A stretch of DNA of 64,000 nucleotides from assembly GCF_001194135.2 (NCBI RefSeq), contig NC_068984.1, positions 19,265,183 to 19,329,182 on the forward strand, written 5' to 3'. The notes below the pieces were generated by a model. It was given only the letters and a program-made list of their open reading frames with translations. It did no database searches and was not told where the DNA came from. The translations under genes and the position numbers were made by a program. Source of the DNA: Octopus bimaculoides (taxonomy: Eukaryota). Each line of letters starts with the position of its first letter. Within the stretch, counting starts at the first letter, position 1. This document shows positions 63,644 to 64,000 of this stretch, piece after piece.

Positions 63644-63930
63644 TCAGTAAATCATAAATCCAAAAGAGAAGTACATTCTAAGTTATAGAGTGTAGAGTAT
63701 TTTGAGAATGTTCATTATGGCCATTTCATAGGGTTTTGTGTCCATAAAGCACTTAGAGGTTATAGGCCACTGGCCATTAGGGTCTGATGAGACGTGCGTA
63801 AAGCTAAGCGATTTATGGACGTGAAACCCTAACCCTAACCCTATGAAATTGCCATAGTTAACATTCTCTAAATACTCTACTGCTCAATAACTTAAGAGTG
63901 TGCAGTTCTTTCGGATTTATGATTTACTGA
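63644..63930. mobile_element. Foldback element / MITE with ~92-nt inverted arms
   Basis: 63644-63735 is an imperfect reverse complement of 63837-63930 (terminal tcagtaaatcataaatcc / ggatttatgatttactga); the interior has a repeated gtccataaatcgcttag-like motif and (TAACCC)n. Confidence 0.8.
63777..63838 (+). ncRNA. Type I hammerhead-like ribozyme motif
   Basis: UUAGGGU-CUGAUGA-G-[ACGU.CGUAAA..UUUAUG.ACGU]-GAAA-CCC-UA-ACCCUAA: intact CUGAUGA and GAAA, 7-bp stem I, ~10-bp stem II, stem III only one pair. Confidence 0.4.
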
Positions 63931-64000
63931 TATATATATAATGAAAATAATATATATATATGTATATATACATATGTATAATGTATATATATATATATAT

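Noticed and set aside
63826-63843. (TAACCC)n as a telomere
   Set aside because: Only about three units, internal, and part of the foldback element arm

Overview
AT-rich eukaryotic genomic DNA from a gapped draft scaffold (9 N-gaps). The SINE and microsatellite landscape suggests an octopod cephalopod (inference). The window holds the middle of one very large minus-strand gene. I resolved 22 coding exons (55099 down to 1). All have canonical AG/GT boundaries and compatible phases, and they join into one open frame of 5175 nt (1725 codons) of spectrin repeats matching the C-terminal rod of nesprin-1 (SYNE1/MSP-300 family). The gene runs off both ends of the window. The introns are packed with decayed mobile DNA: a 5'-truncated RTE-clade LINE and many short copies of its (GAT)n-tailed 3' end, at least three tRNA-derived SINE families, TTAA- and TA-flanked MITEs, foldback palindromes, a 24-bp minisatellite and microsatellites. 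No prokaryotic features, CRISPR arrays, rRNA or true tRNA genes are supported. The most unusual signals are two hammerhead-ribozyme-like motifs: one inside a ~290-nt rod-like foldback element with telomere-type repeats (63777-63838), and one minimal Penelope-type motif (49396-49431). Both deviate from the canonical core and are candidates only. I cannot show a new biological system from sequence alone. Repeat boundaries are approximate, and family names come from recalled consensus motifs, not database searches.
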